Assembly (NCBI GenBank): GCA_965220655.1
Contig: CBDCQO010000012.1
Span: 102,931 to 166,930, forward strand
DNA length: 64,000 nucleotides
Origin: Dehalococcoidia bacterium
Lineage (GTDB): Bacteria; Chloroflexota; Dehalococcoidia; Lucifugimonadales; Australimonadaceae
Direction of reading: 5' to 3'
Below, one piece after another: positions 55,473-64,000 of the stretch. The translations under genes and the position numbers were made by a program. Below the pieces are notes generated by a model. The model was given only the letters and a program-made list of their open reading frames with translations. It was not told the origin of the DNA and searched no databases. Numbering within the stretch: the stretch's first letter is position 1; the number at the start of each line of letters is the position of its first letter.

Positions 55473-56536
55473 GGTCCGTCCTCGCCTGCGCTGCCGGAGA
55501 CGCTGGCCTCGGAGAAGGTCGCCATCTCCGTCAGGCAGGCAGCGGCTGCTTCGATCAGACCCATCGCCAGCACCGCGCCTGTGCCTTCTCCCAGCCTCAT
55601 CTCGAGATTGAGCAGGGGACGCAGTCCCATGTGCGACAGGGCGATGCCATGCCCCGGCTCGACCGATAGGTGCGATGCGACGATGTAGCCGCTGGCGTGG
55701 GGGCAGAGGCTGTGCGCTATCAGCCCTGCGGCGGTCGAAACGAACCCATCGAGCACGACGACTTGGCGGGCGAGCGCTCCTCCCAGCACGACTCCGGCCA
55801 GTACGCCTATCTCGAATCCACCGACCTTCGCGAGTACGTCCAGCCCATCGGTGGGGTCAGGCTGGTTCACCGCTAGGGCGCGCTCAATGACGGATGCCTT
55901 GTGCGCCAGTTCCTTGTCGTTGCGCCCCGTTCCCCTGCCGGTCGTCTCGTTGGGCGGTCTTCCGGTCAGGACCGCGGTGATGGCGCTCGATGCCGTGGTG
56001 TTGCCGATCCCCATCTCGCCTGCGCCGATGATGTCGGCGCCGCTCTCGGCAGCCTCCAGTGCGAGGGCGACTCCGGCATTGACGCACTGCTCTGCCTGTG
56101 CTCGCGACATGGCCGGACCCTCCGTCATGTCGGCGGTGCCGTGTCCTGCGCCGACGCCCCGGAGGTCAGGGTGTTCAGGCAGCGGGGTGGCTACTCCGGC
56201 ATCGACGATGACGAGACCGACGTTCGCCGTCCGGGCCATTACGTTGATTGCCGCGCCGCCCGCGAGGAAGTTCAGCACCATCTGCGCGGTGACTTCCTGC
56301 GGATAACCCGTGACGCCCTGGGCAACCACCCCGTGGTCGGCGGCGGCCACGACAACCGCTTTGCCGCGTATCGTGGGCCGTTCGGTCCGGAATATGCCCG
56401 CGAGTTGGACAGAGAGTTCTTCCAATCGACCCAGACTACCGGGCGGCTTGGTGAGGCGTCCCTGCCGGAGTTCGGCTGATCGTTGAGCGCGGCTATCGAC
56501 CGGTTCGATGCGCGCAAGCACACCGTCGAGGTCCAT
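55469..56536 (-). CDS. cobT: Nicotinate-nucleotide--dimethylbenzimidazole phosphoribosyltransferase
   Basis: GEMGIGNTTASSAI block. 355 aa. Confidence 0.92.
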   Translation of the reverse strand: MDLDGVLARIEPVDSRAQRSAELRQGRLTKPPGSLGRLEELSVQLAGIFRTERPTIRGKAVVVAAADHGVVAQGVTGYPQEVTAQMVLNFLAGGAAINVMARTANVGLVIVDAGVATPLPEHPDLRGVGAGHGTADMTEGPAMSRAQAEQCVNAGVALALEAAESGADIIGAGEMGIGNTTASSAITAVLTGRPPNETTGRGTGRNDKELAHKASVIERALAVNQPDPTDGLDVLAKVGGFEIGVLAGVVLGGALARQVVVLDGFVSTAAGLIAHSLCPHASGYIVASHLSVEPGHGIALSHMGLRPLLNLEMRLGEGTGAVLAMGLIEAAAACLTEMATFSEASVSGSAGEDGP

Positions 56537-56538
56537 CG

Positions 56539-57111
56539 CTAGAACTCGATGCCCTGCTGGGCCTTGATGCCCTGCGTCTCGTACGGATGCTTGACCATCC
56601 GCATCTCGGTGACGAGGTCGGCGAAGTCGACCAGCTCCTGCGGGGCGTAGCGGCCCGTGATGATGACGTGCAGTGTGCTCGGACGCTGCTTCAGCGCTTC
56701 GATGACCTCAGTGACGGAGACCCAGCCGTAGTGCATGGCATAGGTGAACTCGTCCAGGATGATGATGTCTTCATCGCCCTTCAGGATGGCTTCCCTGCAT
56801 CGGCCCCATTGCTCCACCGCGAGAGCCGTCGTGCGGTCCATGTCCTTCGACAGCCAGGTGAAGCCGTCCCCAAGCGCCTCGATGTGTATACCGAGCCGCT
56901 CGGCCGCGCGCTGTTCACCGAACCGCGCCCCCGTGTGCTTGATGAACTGGAACATCCTGACGCGGAAGTTCCGTCCCCAGGCGCGGAAGAGCACGCCGAG
57001 CGCGGCAGTCGTCTTGCCCTTGCCCTCGCCTGTGTTGACGATGACGAGGCCGTGCCGTTCGCGCCGACGTCTGGTCGGACGCCCCGCTCCTTCTGGCGCC
57101 TCTTCACTCAC
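56539..57111 (-). CDS. cobO: Cob(I)yrinic acid a,c-diamide / corrinoid adenosyltransferase
   Basis: [16 protein letters not shown]-loop and the DEFTYA block. Confidence 0.9.
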   Translation of the reverse strand: MSEEAPEGAGRPTRRRRERHGLVIVNTGEGKGKTTAALGVLFRAWGRNFRVRMFQFIKHTGARFGEQRAAERLGIHIEALGDGFTWLSKDMDRTTALAVEQWGRCREAILKGDEDIIILDEFTYAMHYGWVSVTEVIEALKQRPSTLHVIITGRYAPQELVDFADLVTEMRMVKHPYETQGIKAQQGIEF

Positions 57112-57126
57112 GCTCTCCTCCCTGCG

Positions 57127-57969
57127 CTACCGCGGCATTCCTGTCGCAACCTTCTCGGAAGACGACATGGTTGACTCTGCCGGGCCGATCAGGCTTATCG
57201 CAAGTGAGCCGGTTACGGGGTCGGAATAGACAGCGCACCGGACGCCGAAGGCGGACTGGATGGCCCCGGGCGTCAAGACCTCCTCAGGAGTGCCCTCGGC
57301 AAGCACTCGCCCCGCGCTCAGCAGTACGAGGCGGTCGCAGTAACGCGCCACCATGTGCAGATCGTGGATCGCAGCAATGGCCGTCAGACCTTCGCTGACG
57401 AGCTGCCGCACGAGGTCGAGCACTTTGAGCTGATGGAAGACGTCCAGGTTGGAGGTTGGCTCGTCTAGCAGGAGGATGCGCGGTTGCTGTGCGAGTGCAC
57501 GCGACACGAACACGCGCTGGCGTTCTCCTCCGGACATCGTATCGAGCGTCCTGTCGGCGAACCGCTCGGTGTCGGTCTGGCGCATCGCGTCGCGGGCGAC
57601 GCGGTTGTCCTCTCTTCCTTCGATCTGGAAACGCCCCAGGTGGGGATACCTGCCCATGAGCACGAGCTCGAACGATGTGAATCCGTGCGTGTACGGCGCG
57701 ATCTGGGAGACGAGTGCCATGCCGGCGGCGACGTCCCTGGAGGACATGGAGCGCAGGTCCGTTCCCTCCAACAGGACAGCGCCGTGTTGGTGCACGAGCA
57801 TGCCTGACAGCGCCCTCAACAAGGTGGACTTCCCTGCGCCGTTCGGGCCGATGAGGCCGACGAACTGTCCCTGCTCGGCGTGCAGACGCACGTTGTCCAG
57901 CAGCGTCTGCGCGCCGACGCTGTAGGAGAGGCCTTCCGCGCTGAGCGCTTGTGGCTTGTCACTGTTCAT
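57127..57969 (-). CDS. btuD: Corrinoid/iron-siderophore ABC transporter ATP-binding protein
   Basis: Walker A GPNGAGKST, signature SGGERQ, Walker B LLLDEP. ATGA overlap with btuF. Confidence 0.88.
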   Translation of the reverse strand: MNSDKPQALSAEGLSYSVGAQTLLDNVRLHAEQGQFVGLIGPNGAGKSTLLRALSGMLVHQHGAVLLEGTDLRSMSSRDVAAGMALVSQIAPYTHGFTSFELVLMGRYPHLGRFQIEGREDNRVARDAMRQTDTERFADRTLDTMSGGERQRVFVSRALAQQPRILLLDEPTSNLDVFHQLKVLDLVRQLVSEGLTAIAAIHDLHMVARYCDRLVLLSAGRVLAEGTPEEVLTPGAIQSAFGVRCAVYSDPVTGSLAISLIGPAESTMSSSEKVATGMPR

Positions 57970-59123
57970 CTGCTGTCCGGAAGGCTGAACGGAGCGCTCT
58001 CCGACGCAGGGAAGTCGTTCGGCCACAGGAGCCGGGCGAGCTCTTCAGCCCCAAGGATGTTCCAGTAGGAGAGAGTGGTCGCGTGCTTACTCTCCACCAC
58101 GTGCACAGCACCGTTCTTCACTGCCGAGACTTCGGCGAGTGCTGCGTTGGCAAGCAGGCTTTCGCGGAAGTCCTCCCCGCCGAACTCTACCGGCTGAGGG
58201 ATGATGATGACCTCCGGGTTCATGGCGATGACCCCTTCCAGGCTGGTCAGTTGGTTGCTCTCGACCCCGGCCTCTTCGGCTGCGTTGACGCCTCCGGCAG
58301 CCGTGATGACGCCGCCCTCCGTCGAGTTGCCGCCCGCTACCCAGAGCTGATCCGAGTACTGCGTAAGCGCGAGCACCCGGGGACGAGGCTGTGCCACTGT
58401 GGTGATGGCGACGAGAGAATCGTACCGTTCGCGTACCTCGGCTGCGAACTCGATGGCGCGTTCCTCTTCACCGAGGACATAGCCGATAAGCAGGATGTTG
58501 TCGATGCGCGCCTCAGGGTCGTGCTGCAGTTCCGTCTGCACCACCGGGATGCCGACTCTCGACAAGGCCTCGATGCCCTCGGCAGGGAAGAACGGGCTGG
58601 TGATGATAACGTCCGGCGACTGGGCGATGATCGTCTCAGGGTCACGTGTGACCTCAGGCTTGTCCTGCACCAGCGAGGCGACGTTGGAGAACGTCTCGCT
58701 CTTTGTGGGGTTTCCGACTGCAACGAGCCGGTCGCCGGGGGCAAGGGCGAGGACCACCTCGTCGTGCCCGACGGAGGCGGTGATGATGCGCTCCGGCTTG
58801 GTGGGGATGCTCACGACACCGTTCAGCCCCTCGACCTCGCGTGGCCAACCGAGGTTCGTGGGGTCGACGATGCCCGGTACGTTGTCGGGCAGCCTGACGA
58901 CGGGCTCGGGAATCGGCGTGGGCTCAGGGGTTGGAGTTGGTGTTGGGTCTGGCGCCACGGTAGGTGTGGCTGTTGGTGTTGCCGTCGGTGCCGGGGTTGG
59001 AGTCGGGGTTGGTTGCGAACAGGCTGCCAGCGCTATGACGGCAATGGATACGAACAAGGTGACGATGAGGGCGGCGAAGTGTCGGACCAGCAAGGTGACT
59101 CCTTTCGTGAGGTCGCGTCTCAT
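57966..59123 (-). CDS. btuF: Corrinoid/iron-siderophore ABC transporter substrate-binding lipoprotein with a PT-rich tether
   Basis: Lipobox VIALAAC, a ~40-aa Pro/Thr linker, then a class III (BtuF/FecB-like) binding-protein body. Confidence 0.85.
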   Translation of the reverse strand: MRRDLTKGVTLLVRHFAALIVTLFVSIAVIALAACSQPTPTPTPAPTATPTATPTVAPDPTPTPTPEPTPIPEPVVRLPDNVPGIVDPTNLGWPREVEGLNGVVSIPTKPERIITASVGHDEVVLALAPGDRLVAVGNPTKSETFSNVASLVQDKPEVTRDPETIIAQSPDVIITSPFFPAEGIEALSRVGIPVVQTELQHDPEARIDNILLIGYVLGEEERAIEFAAEVRERYDSLVAITTVAQPRPRVLALTQYSDQLWVAGGNSTEGGVITAAGGVNAAEEAGVESNQLTSLEGVIAMNPEVIIIPQPVEFGGEDFRESLLANAALAEVSAVKNGAVHVVESKHATTLSYWNILGAEELARLLWPNDFPASESAPFSLPDSR

Positions 59124-60196
59124 AGCGAGTAGACCTGACGTTTGTTCCTGATGAGCAGGAGGATGAAGAACGGCGCACCGACGAACGCGGTGAGGATGCC
59201 GACGCGGAACTCGGCTGGCTGGATGATGGTCCTGGCTACTGTGTCGGCCACGGTGACGAAGACCGCGCCACCCAGTGCGCTCATGGGGATGAGCACGCGA
59301 TGGTCCGGGCCGATCAGGAGCCGGAGGATGTGCGGGGTGACGAGGCCGACGAAGGCGATGGTGCCGCTGACGGCGACGGCAGCGCCGGTCACCAGTGCCG
59401 CCGCAGCAAGGAGGAGGATGCGTGCCATGCCGACGCGAACGCCCATGGAACGGGCCTCATCGTCACCCAGCATCAGAAGGTTGAGGTCGCGCGCCATCAG
59501 AAGGATGACCGCAGCGCCGCCGATGATCAGCGGCGCCGAGATGCGCACGTGTTCCCAGGAGCGCGAGTCCAGCCCCCCTGCGAGCCAGAAGAGGATCTCG
59601 CGGAGTGCTTCGTTGTCGGGCAGGAGGATGATGATTGCTGAGACGATGGCGCCGAGGAACGCGTTGACCGCGACTCCGGCAAGCAGAAGCGTTGCCATGG
59701 AGAAGCGTCCGCCAACGGCGGCTATCCCGTACACGAGGAACGAGGCCGCCATGGCGCCGATGAACGCGAAGGCTGGCAGTGCAAGGAAGAAGAGCCCTGC
59801 CATGCCAGTAGCGATGGCAACCACTGCACCCAGCGCGCCTCCTGCCGACACCCCGATGATGCCGGGGTCGGCCATGGGATTGCGGAACAACCCCTGCATC
59901 GTTGCTCCGGCCACTCCCAGGGCGACGCCGACCACGGCGCCGACCAGTATGCGTGGCAATCTGATCTGCTCGATAACGAGCCGCTCGGTGTTGCCGAACC
60001 CCTCAGCGTCGAATCCCAGGGATGACAGCACGATGGATGCGACGTGACTGGCGGGTATGCTGACAGGCCCGAGGCTGAGCGAGACGGCGGCGCTCGCCAG
60101 GATCAGCAGGAGCAGTGCGGATGCGCCGATGGCCAACCGGCTGGTAACGGCCACCCGGCGGTAGCCGCGTAACGTTGTGAGTCCAACGGCCCTCAC
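59120..60196 (-). CDS. btuC: Corrinoid/iron-siderophore ABC transporter permease (FecCD family)
   Basis: 358 aa with a FecCD-type ~10-TM pattern. GTG start 9 nt after GGAGG. Confidence 0.88.
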   Translation of the reverse strand: MRAVGLTTLRGYRRVAVTSRLAIGASALLLLILASAAVSLSLGPVSIPASHVASIVLSSLGFDAEGFGNTERLVIEQIRLPRILVGAVVGVALGVAGATMQGLFRNPMADPGIIGVSAGGALGAVVAIATGMAGLFFLALPAFAFIGAMAASFLVYGIAAVGGRFSMATLLLAGVAVNAFLGAIVSAIIILLPDNEALREILFWLAGGLDSRSWEHVRISAPLIIGGAAVILLMARDLNLLMLGDDEARSMGVRVGMARILLLAAAALVTGAAVAVSGTIAFVGLVTPHILRLLIGPDHRVLIPMSALGGAVFVTVADTVARTIIQPAEFRVGILTAFVGAPFFILLLIRNKRQVYSL

Positions 60197-60199
60197 ACC

Positions 60200-60490
60200 A
60201 AAAAACCTCCGGCGGCTCTCCGCTGGAGGTCAGGTTTCACGCTGCCGGAATTACGAGTCCGGCGACCGAGGGACCCTCTCTGAGGCGGAGAGTGGTCACC
60301 TCTCGTTCAGGCAGGTCTCCTGGCTTCGCGGGGGGATTCATCCGTCGGGCCCTTCCCATCGACATCTTCGACAGTGGGCTCCGGCTCCGAGACCCCGCTT
60401 ACAGTGGCGCTACCGCGGCGGACTCACACCGCCTTCCCTATTCTCCCGGGACGGGCACCTGAACGAGCAGTGATCGTATGTGTGTAACGA
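60200..60490 (-). promoter_or_regulatory. Cobalamin (B12) riboswitch with terminator/SD-sequestering expression platform
   Basis: The minus-strand read AATAGGGAAGGCGGTGTGAGTCCGCCGCGGTAGCGCCACTGTAAGCGGGG contains the conserved core and the B12 box GCCACTG. The 3' hairpin CCTCCAGCGG-agag-CCGCCGGAGG + TTTTTT (60200-60229) includes the btuC SD. Confidence 0.9.
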
Positions 60491-60496
60491 GAAGGC

Positions 60497-60525
60497 AGAC
60501 TATGGCGTGGGCCGTGGGCTGTCAA
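60497..60525 (-). promoter_or_regulatory. Candidate promoter for the riboswitch-btu-cob operon
   Basis: On the minus strand: TTGACA, a 17-nt spacer, then TAGTCT, just upstream of the riboswitch core. Confidence 0.4.
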
Positions 60526-60714
60526 TGATGCGTGTGACATGCTTGCAGGTGAGGCCGCACGCCTACGTGGCCTATGTAAGCAGACTCCCCTATCATCAGG
60601 GCTTCAGGAATTCCCCGTAGTCCAAGAGGCAAGGGTGCGGAAGGCGTTCCTGTGCCAAGGAAGTAACCGATAGCAGCCAATACTGAACATGTAAACGCCG
60701 GCTCGAAGTGGGCG

Positions 60715-62070
60715 GTGCTTGCTGCAGCCGGGGCGAGCACGCTCCTCGGCACCTCCGATTTCTCGATAGTTGCGATTGCGCTTCCCTCTTTCACCGAGGT
60801 GTTCGACGCGTCCACTTCGACCGTCGTCTGGATCGCTCTGTCCTATCAGCTCATCGTGCTCGGCCTGGCGCTGCCGATGGGCCGGCTGGGGGACCAGTTT
60901 GGCAACAAGACCGTCTTCGCCACCGGAGCTCTGATCTATGCAGTCGGCCTGCTGGGCGCTGCTGCTGCGCCAAACATCCTGACGCTGATCGCTCTTCGGG
61001 CGGTGCAGGGCGCAGGGGCTGCGATGATGGTCTCTCTCTCGCTGGGGCTGGTGTCGAGCGCCTTTCCACCTAACGAGCGCGGCAAGGCGTTGGGCTTGAT
61101 GGCTTCCGTCGCCGGCTTCGGACTCATGTCGGGTCCGGCGCTCGGCGGCATCCTCCTCGAGACGCTGGGCTGGCGCTCCATCTTCTGGGTGCGAGCGCCA
61201 TTCGGGTTCGCGGGATTCGTTCTCGCCATGGTCTATCTCCGAGATATACGGGCGACCGCCGATCGGCGAACCGATCTCTCTGGTGCGGCCCTGCTGTTCG
61301 CAGCGCTGGTGCTGATGGCTGTGGGGCTGAACCGTGGCTCCGCTGAGGGCTGGACGTCGCCGCTGGCTCTCTTCGCGTTCCCACTGAGCGCGGTGGCCAT
61401 GACGGCCTTCGCACTCCACTCGGTCCGCACAGAGAGCCCCGTCGTAGACATACGGATGTTCCTCAACCCGGCCCTTTCCGTTTCCAGTGCGCTGATGCTG
61501 ATGGCCGGCGTTTCGATGATGGCCGTAACCTTTGCGATGCCGTTCTACCTTCTCATCGCTCGGGGGCTGTCACCGTCGCCGGTTGGCCTGATCATGCTGG
61601 CGGCCCCTGCCATGTTCATCGTGTTTCCTCCGTTCACGGGACGTCTTTCCGACCGGATCGGCCCCCGGGTTCCCACGACTATCGGGCTGAGCCTGTCGGC
61701 AGCGGCGCTCTTCTTGCTCGCGAACCTGAACCTGGGTACGTCGATCCCGGTCATCGTGGGGACCTTGGTCCTGAGCGGCGTCGGCGGCTCGTTCTTTCAA
61801 GCGCCGAACCAGAGCGTCATCATGAGTGCAGCCCCGCGGGACCGCGTCGGTACAGTCTCCGCGCTGATCCCGACCCTCCGTTACATCGGGATAATCACGG
61901 GGGTCGCGGCCTCAGAGGCGATCTTCACCTCGGGCCTTGGCGAGCCGGGGCTGGGTGGAGCGAATGCGGAGACGGTGACAGCCGCCGCGCGAACCGTGTT
62001 CCTCGTCTTCGGCGGGGTCGCTTCACTCGCTGCGCTGGTAGCGCTCTTCCGCACTGGCGGACGCTCCTGA
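60715..62070 (+). CDS. MFS transporter (14-TM DHA2/EmrB-like)
   Basis: 451 aa. The first in-frame start after the stop at 60664 is the GTG at 60715. TM1 looks short, so the exact start is uncertain. Confidence 0.82.
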   Translation: MLAAAGASTLLGTSDFSIVAIALPSFTEVFDASTSTVVWIALSYQLIVLGLALPMGRLGDQFGNKTVFATGALIYAVGLLGAAAAPNILTLIALRAVQGAGAAMMVSLSLGLVSSAFPPNERGKALGLMASVAGFGLMSGPALGGILLETLGWRSIFWVRAPFGFAGFVLAMVYLRDIRATADRRTDLSGAALLFAALVLMAVGLNRGSAEGWTSPLALFAFPLSAVAMTAFALHSVRTESPVVDIRMFLNPALSVSSALMLMAGVSMMAVTFAMPFYLLIARGLSPSPVGLIMLAAPAMFIVFPPFTGRLSDRIGPRVPTTIGLSLSAAALFLLANLNLGTSIPVIVGTLVLSGVGGSFFQAPNQSVIMSAAPRDRVGTVSALIPTLRYIGIITGVAASEAIFTSGLGEPGLGGANAETVTAAARTVFLVFGGVASLAALVALFRTGGRS

Positions 62071-62124
62071 GTCGACGGCGATTCCCATGGGGGCCAACCG
62101 TGGGGATATGAGTTCGCTAACGCG

Positions 62125-62201
62125 TGGTGGGCGAAGCAGGAATCGAACCTGCGACCTCCTGTGTGTAAGACAGGCGCTCTAACCGCTGAGCTATTCGCCC
62201 C
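62125..62201 (-). tRNA. tRNA-Val (anticodon TAC), CCA encoded
   Basis: Minus-strand read: GGGGCGAATAGCTCAGCGGTTAGAGCGCCTGTCTTACACACAGGAGGTCGCAGGTTCGATTCCTGCTTCGCCCACCA. Anticodon loop CTTACAC. Confidence 0.92.
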
Positions 62202-62268
62202 GAGGCGATAGTGTACAGCGTGTGTTGCCGCAGGCGTGATAGCCTGAGAAACCCCATCACGTCTCTCG

Positions 62269-63513
62269 GTGGTTCCCTTGCTGACGTCCCGGAGGTTCTG
62301 GAGCGGCGCGCTCCACATCTACATCCCATCCCTGCTGATGATGATCGGCCAGGGGATGCTCATCCCTGCGTTGCCTACCCTAGCGGAGACGTACGCAGTA
62401 GCCCCCGCACTCGCCGTGCAGGTGGTCACCATCCAACAGGTGGGCAAGTTCATCGCGTTCATACCGACGGGCGCGATCGTCGACCGGTGGGGCGCGAAGC
62501 CGCCTATGATGATCGGAGCATTCGTCTCTGCGGTCTGTCTCCTGGGCGCGGCTGCCACGCAGAACTTCGTGCTGCTCTTGGGTACCCAGATCGTGTGGGG
62601 ATTCGGGCAGAACATGTGGATGTTCGGTCGGGAGATCGCGGCTGCGGAGATGGTGCGTGCCGAGCAGCGGGGACGGGCGCTGAGCACGCTGATGGGCATC
62701 AGCGGCGCAGGGATGGCGCTTGGCCCGGCGATAGGCGGGTTCCTCGTTGAGCCGGTCGGCGTACAGGGGCTCTTCCTGATCTTCGCGGGGATCAGCGCGG
62801 TGATATTCGTCCTGGCAGCCATCCACAAGAGCGCTCGGATCGAGAGACCGAAGCGCAGCGGCTCCATGTTCAACTTCACCGCCTTCAAGGAGATACACCC
62901 CTACTTCCGGCTCACCTACTTCATCCTGTTCATCACCACCTTCGGCGTACTCACGCGTACGCAGGTTACACACACGATGCTGCCTCTCTACGTGGAGAAC
63001 CAGCTGGCTTACAGCCCCACGGTGACCGGGCTGCTGTTCACCGTGCACGCCATCGCGACGTTTGCAATCATCCTGCCCGCGGGGTTCGTCTCGGACAAGA
63101 TGGGACGGAAGTGGGTTGCTGCGCCCTCGGCGCTCATCGCGGGCGCCACGTTTATCTTCGTTCCATTCGCAGACAACATGCTGACGCTGGGAGCCGTGCT
63201 CGTATTCATGGGGTTCGCCAGCGGCATGGCGATGGGCTCCATGACGACGTATACGTTCGACATAGTGCCGGTGCACCTGCGTGGACAACTGCAGGCGTTG
63301 CGCCGTTCGTTCGGGGAGACGGGAGCGATATCCGGGCCTCTCATCGCTGGAGCAGTCGCAAGCGTATCCAGCCCATCGACGACCTTCTGGGTGTTCGCTC
63401 CGTTGCTCATGGGAGCAGGGCTGGCGCTCGTCTTCTTCGCGCGGGAGGGCCTGCCATCCAAGCGCGCACCGGGTGCCCCGCCCCCAGCCGTGGAGAGCGT
63501 TCCTGCCCGGTAG
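62269..63513 (+). CDS. MFS transporter
   Basis: 414 aa, GTG start, 12-TM pattern. Confidence 0.85.
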   Translation: MVPLLTSRRFWSGALHIYIPSLLMMIGQGMLIPALPTLAETYAVAPALAVQVVTIQQVGKFIAFIPTGAIVDRWGAKPPMMIGAFVSAVCLLGAAATQNFVLLLGTQIVWGFGQNMWMFGREIAAAEMVRAEQRGRALSTLMGISGAGMALGPAIGGFLVEPVGVQGLFLIFAGISAVIFVLAAIHKSARIERPKRSGSMFNFTAFKEIHPYFRLTYFILFITTFGVLTRTQVTHTMLPLYVENQLAYSPTVTGLLFTVHAIATFAIILPAGFVSDKMGRKWVAAPSALIAGATFIFVPFADNMLTLGAVLVFMGFASGMAMGSMTTYTFDIVPVHLRGQLQALRRSFGETGAISGPLIAGAVASVSSPSTTFWVFAPLLMGAGLALVFFAREGLPSKRAPGAPPPAVESVPAR

Positions 63514-63573
63514 GCTGCTACCATGCGGAAGCGGCGTTCGCCGGCATTCCCCGCCGTAAGGGAGGCCTCTTTC

Positions 63574-64000
63574 GTGCGCTCCGGTAGGCCACCACTCCTG
63601 AGGGCTGCGCTCTTCATCTATCTGCCGTCCATGCTGATGAGCATGGGGCAGGGCATGATCATCCCCGCACTGCCCGCGATAGCCCGGACGTTCAACGTAT
63701 CTGAAGCGCTCGCAGTGCAGGTGATAACGAGCCAGCTCATCGGACGCACACTCTCGATGCTCCCCACGGGTGCGATCGTCGACCGCTTCGGAGTGAAGCC
63801 GCTCATGATCGGCGGCGCTTCTCTCGCGACCGTCAGCACGCTCACTGCCGCGCTTGCGCCTAGTTTCACCGTCATCATCGTCACGCAGTTCTTCTGGGGC
63901 ATCGGCATGAGCACGTGGATGTTCGGCCGCGAGGTTGCTGCGGTCGACATGGTGCAGCGGCACCAGCGCGGGCGGCAGATGAGCGCACTCATGGGCATCG
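63574..64000 (+). CDS. MFS transporter, tandem paralogue of the preceding gene (3' end outside the window; absent from the ORF track)
   Basis: My own translation from the GTG at 63574 (AGGGAGG 9 nt upstream) is VRSGRPPLLRAALFIYLPSMLMSMGQGMIIPALP...FGREVAAVDMVQRHQRGRQMSALMGI. It is colinear with the N-terminus of the 62269 gene. An ATG at 63523 is an alternative start. Confidence 0.8.
   Translation, partial: MRSGRPPLLRAALFIYLPSMLMSMGQGMIIPALPAIARTFNVSEALAVQVITSQLIGRTLSMLPTGAIVDRFGVKPLMIGGASLATVSTLTAALAPSFTVIIVTQFFWGIGMSTWMFGREVAAVDMVQRHQRGRQMSALMGI

Noticed and set aside
60522-60815. A 97-aa minus-strand ORF (and the 60604-61419 ORF) upstream of the riboswitch.
   Set aside because: It overlaps the divergent promoter region and the start of the DHA2 MFS gene. 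It has atypical composition and no SD.
62380-63963. A 527-aa minus-strand ORF. Similar long antisense ORFs occur at 12834-14399, 8281-9543, 40701-42059, 45261-46547, 46711-48060 and 50597-52036.
   Set aside because: All are exactly antisense to well-supported genes and have extreme Arg/Pro/His content. GC is concentrated at their codon position 1 or 2 rather than position 3.

Overview
High-GC (visually about 63-66%), very gene-dense chromosomal segment: about 65 protein genes, 2 tRNAs, 1 cobalamin riboswitch, and no rRNA, CRISPR, transposase or integrase. True genes show strong GC3 bias and AGGAGG-type SD sites. Most long ORFs on the opposite strand are Arg/Pro/His-rich high-GC artefacts.

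Content in order:
- dnaE 3' part and ogt.
- A 10-kb co-directional cluster: STAS, REC-PP2C, RsbW-like kinase, lipoprotein SBP, HAMP histidine kinase, circularly permuted ATP-grasp, alpha-E, MMPL.
- Archaeal-type PEP carboxylase, era, an RCC1-repeat lipoprotein, a bicupin, tRNA-Gly.
- plsY, PHP, rny, recA, nadE, rpsU, fmdB, dtd.
- An SDR/TauE/AKR/SBP/dehydrogenase block.
- proBA, amidohydrolase, mug, thpR.
- An isolated HK97-type prohead protease / small ORF / major capsid cassette.
- An orphan beta-class DNA methyltransferase coupled to a HAD hydrolase, then comF.
- An oxidative catabolic block (FAH, Rieske oxygenase, LLM, cupin, amidohydrolase, MFS).
- A riboswitch-controlled btuCFD-cobOTSCU corrinoid salvage operon.
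- tRNA-Val and tandem MFS paralogues.

The gene repertoire suggests a monoderm Chloroflexota/SAR202-like organism: RNase Y, PlsY, archaeal PEPC, Pro/Thr-tethered lipoproteins, and many LLM, amidohydrolase, SDR and MFS genes. This is inference only.

Most interesting:
- The orphan capsid-protease cassette.
- The sigma-less partner-switch/ATP-grasp/MMPL cluster.
- A CTTGGTC inverted-repeat leader.
- Composite intergenic hairpin repeats.
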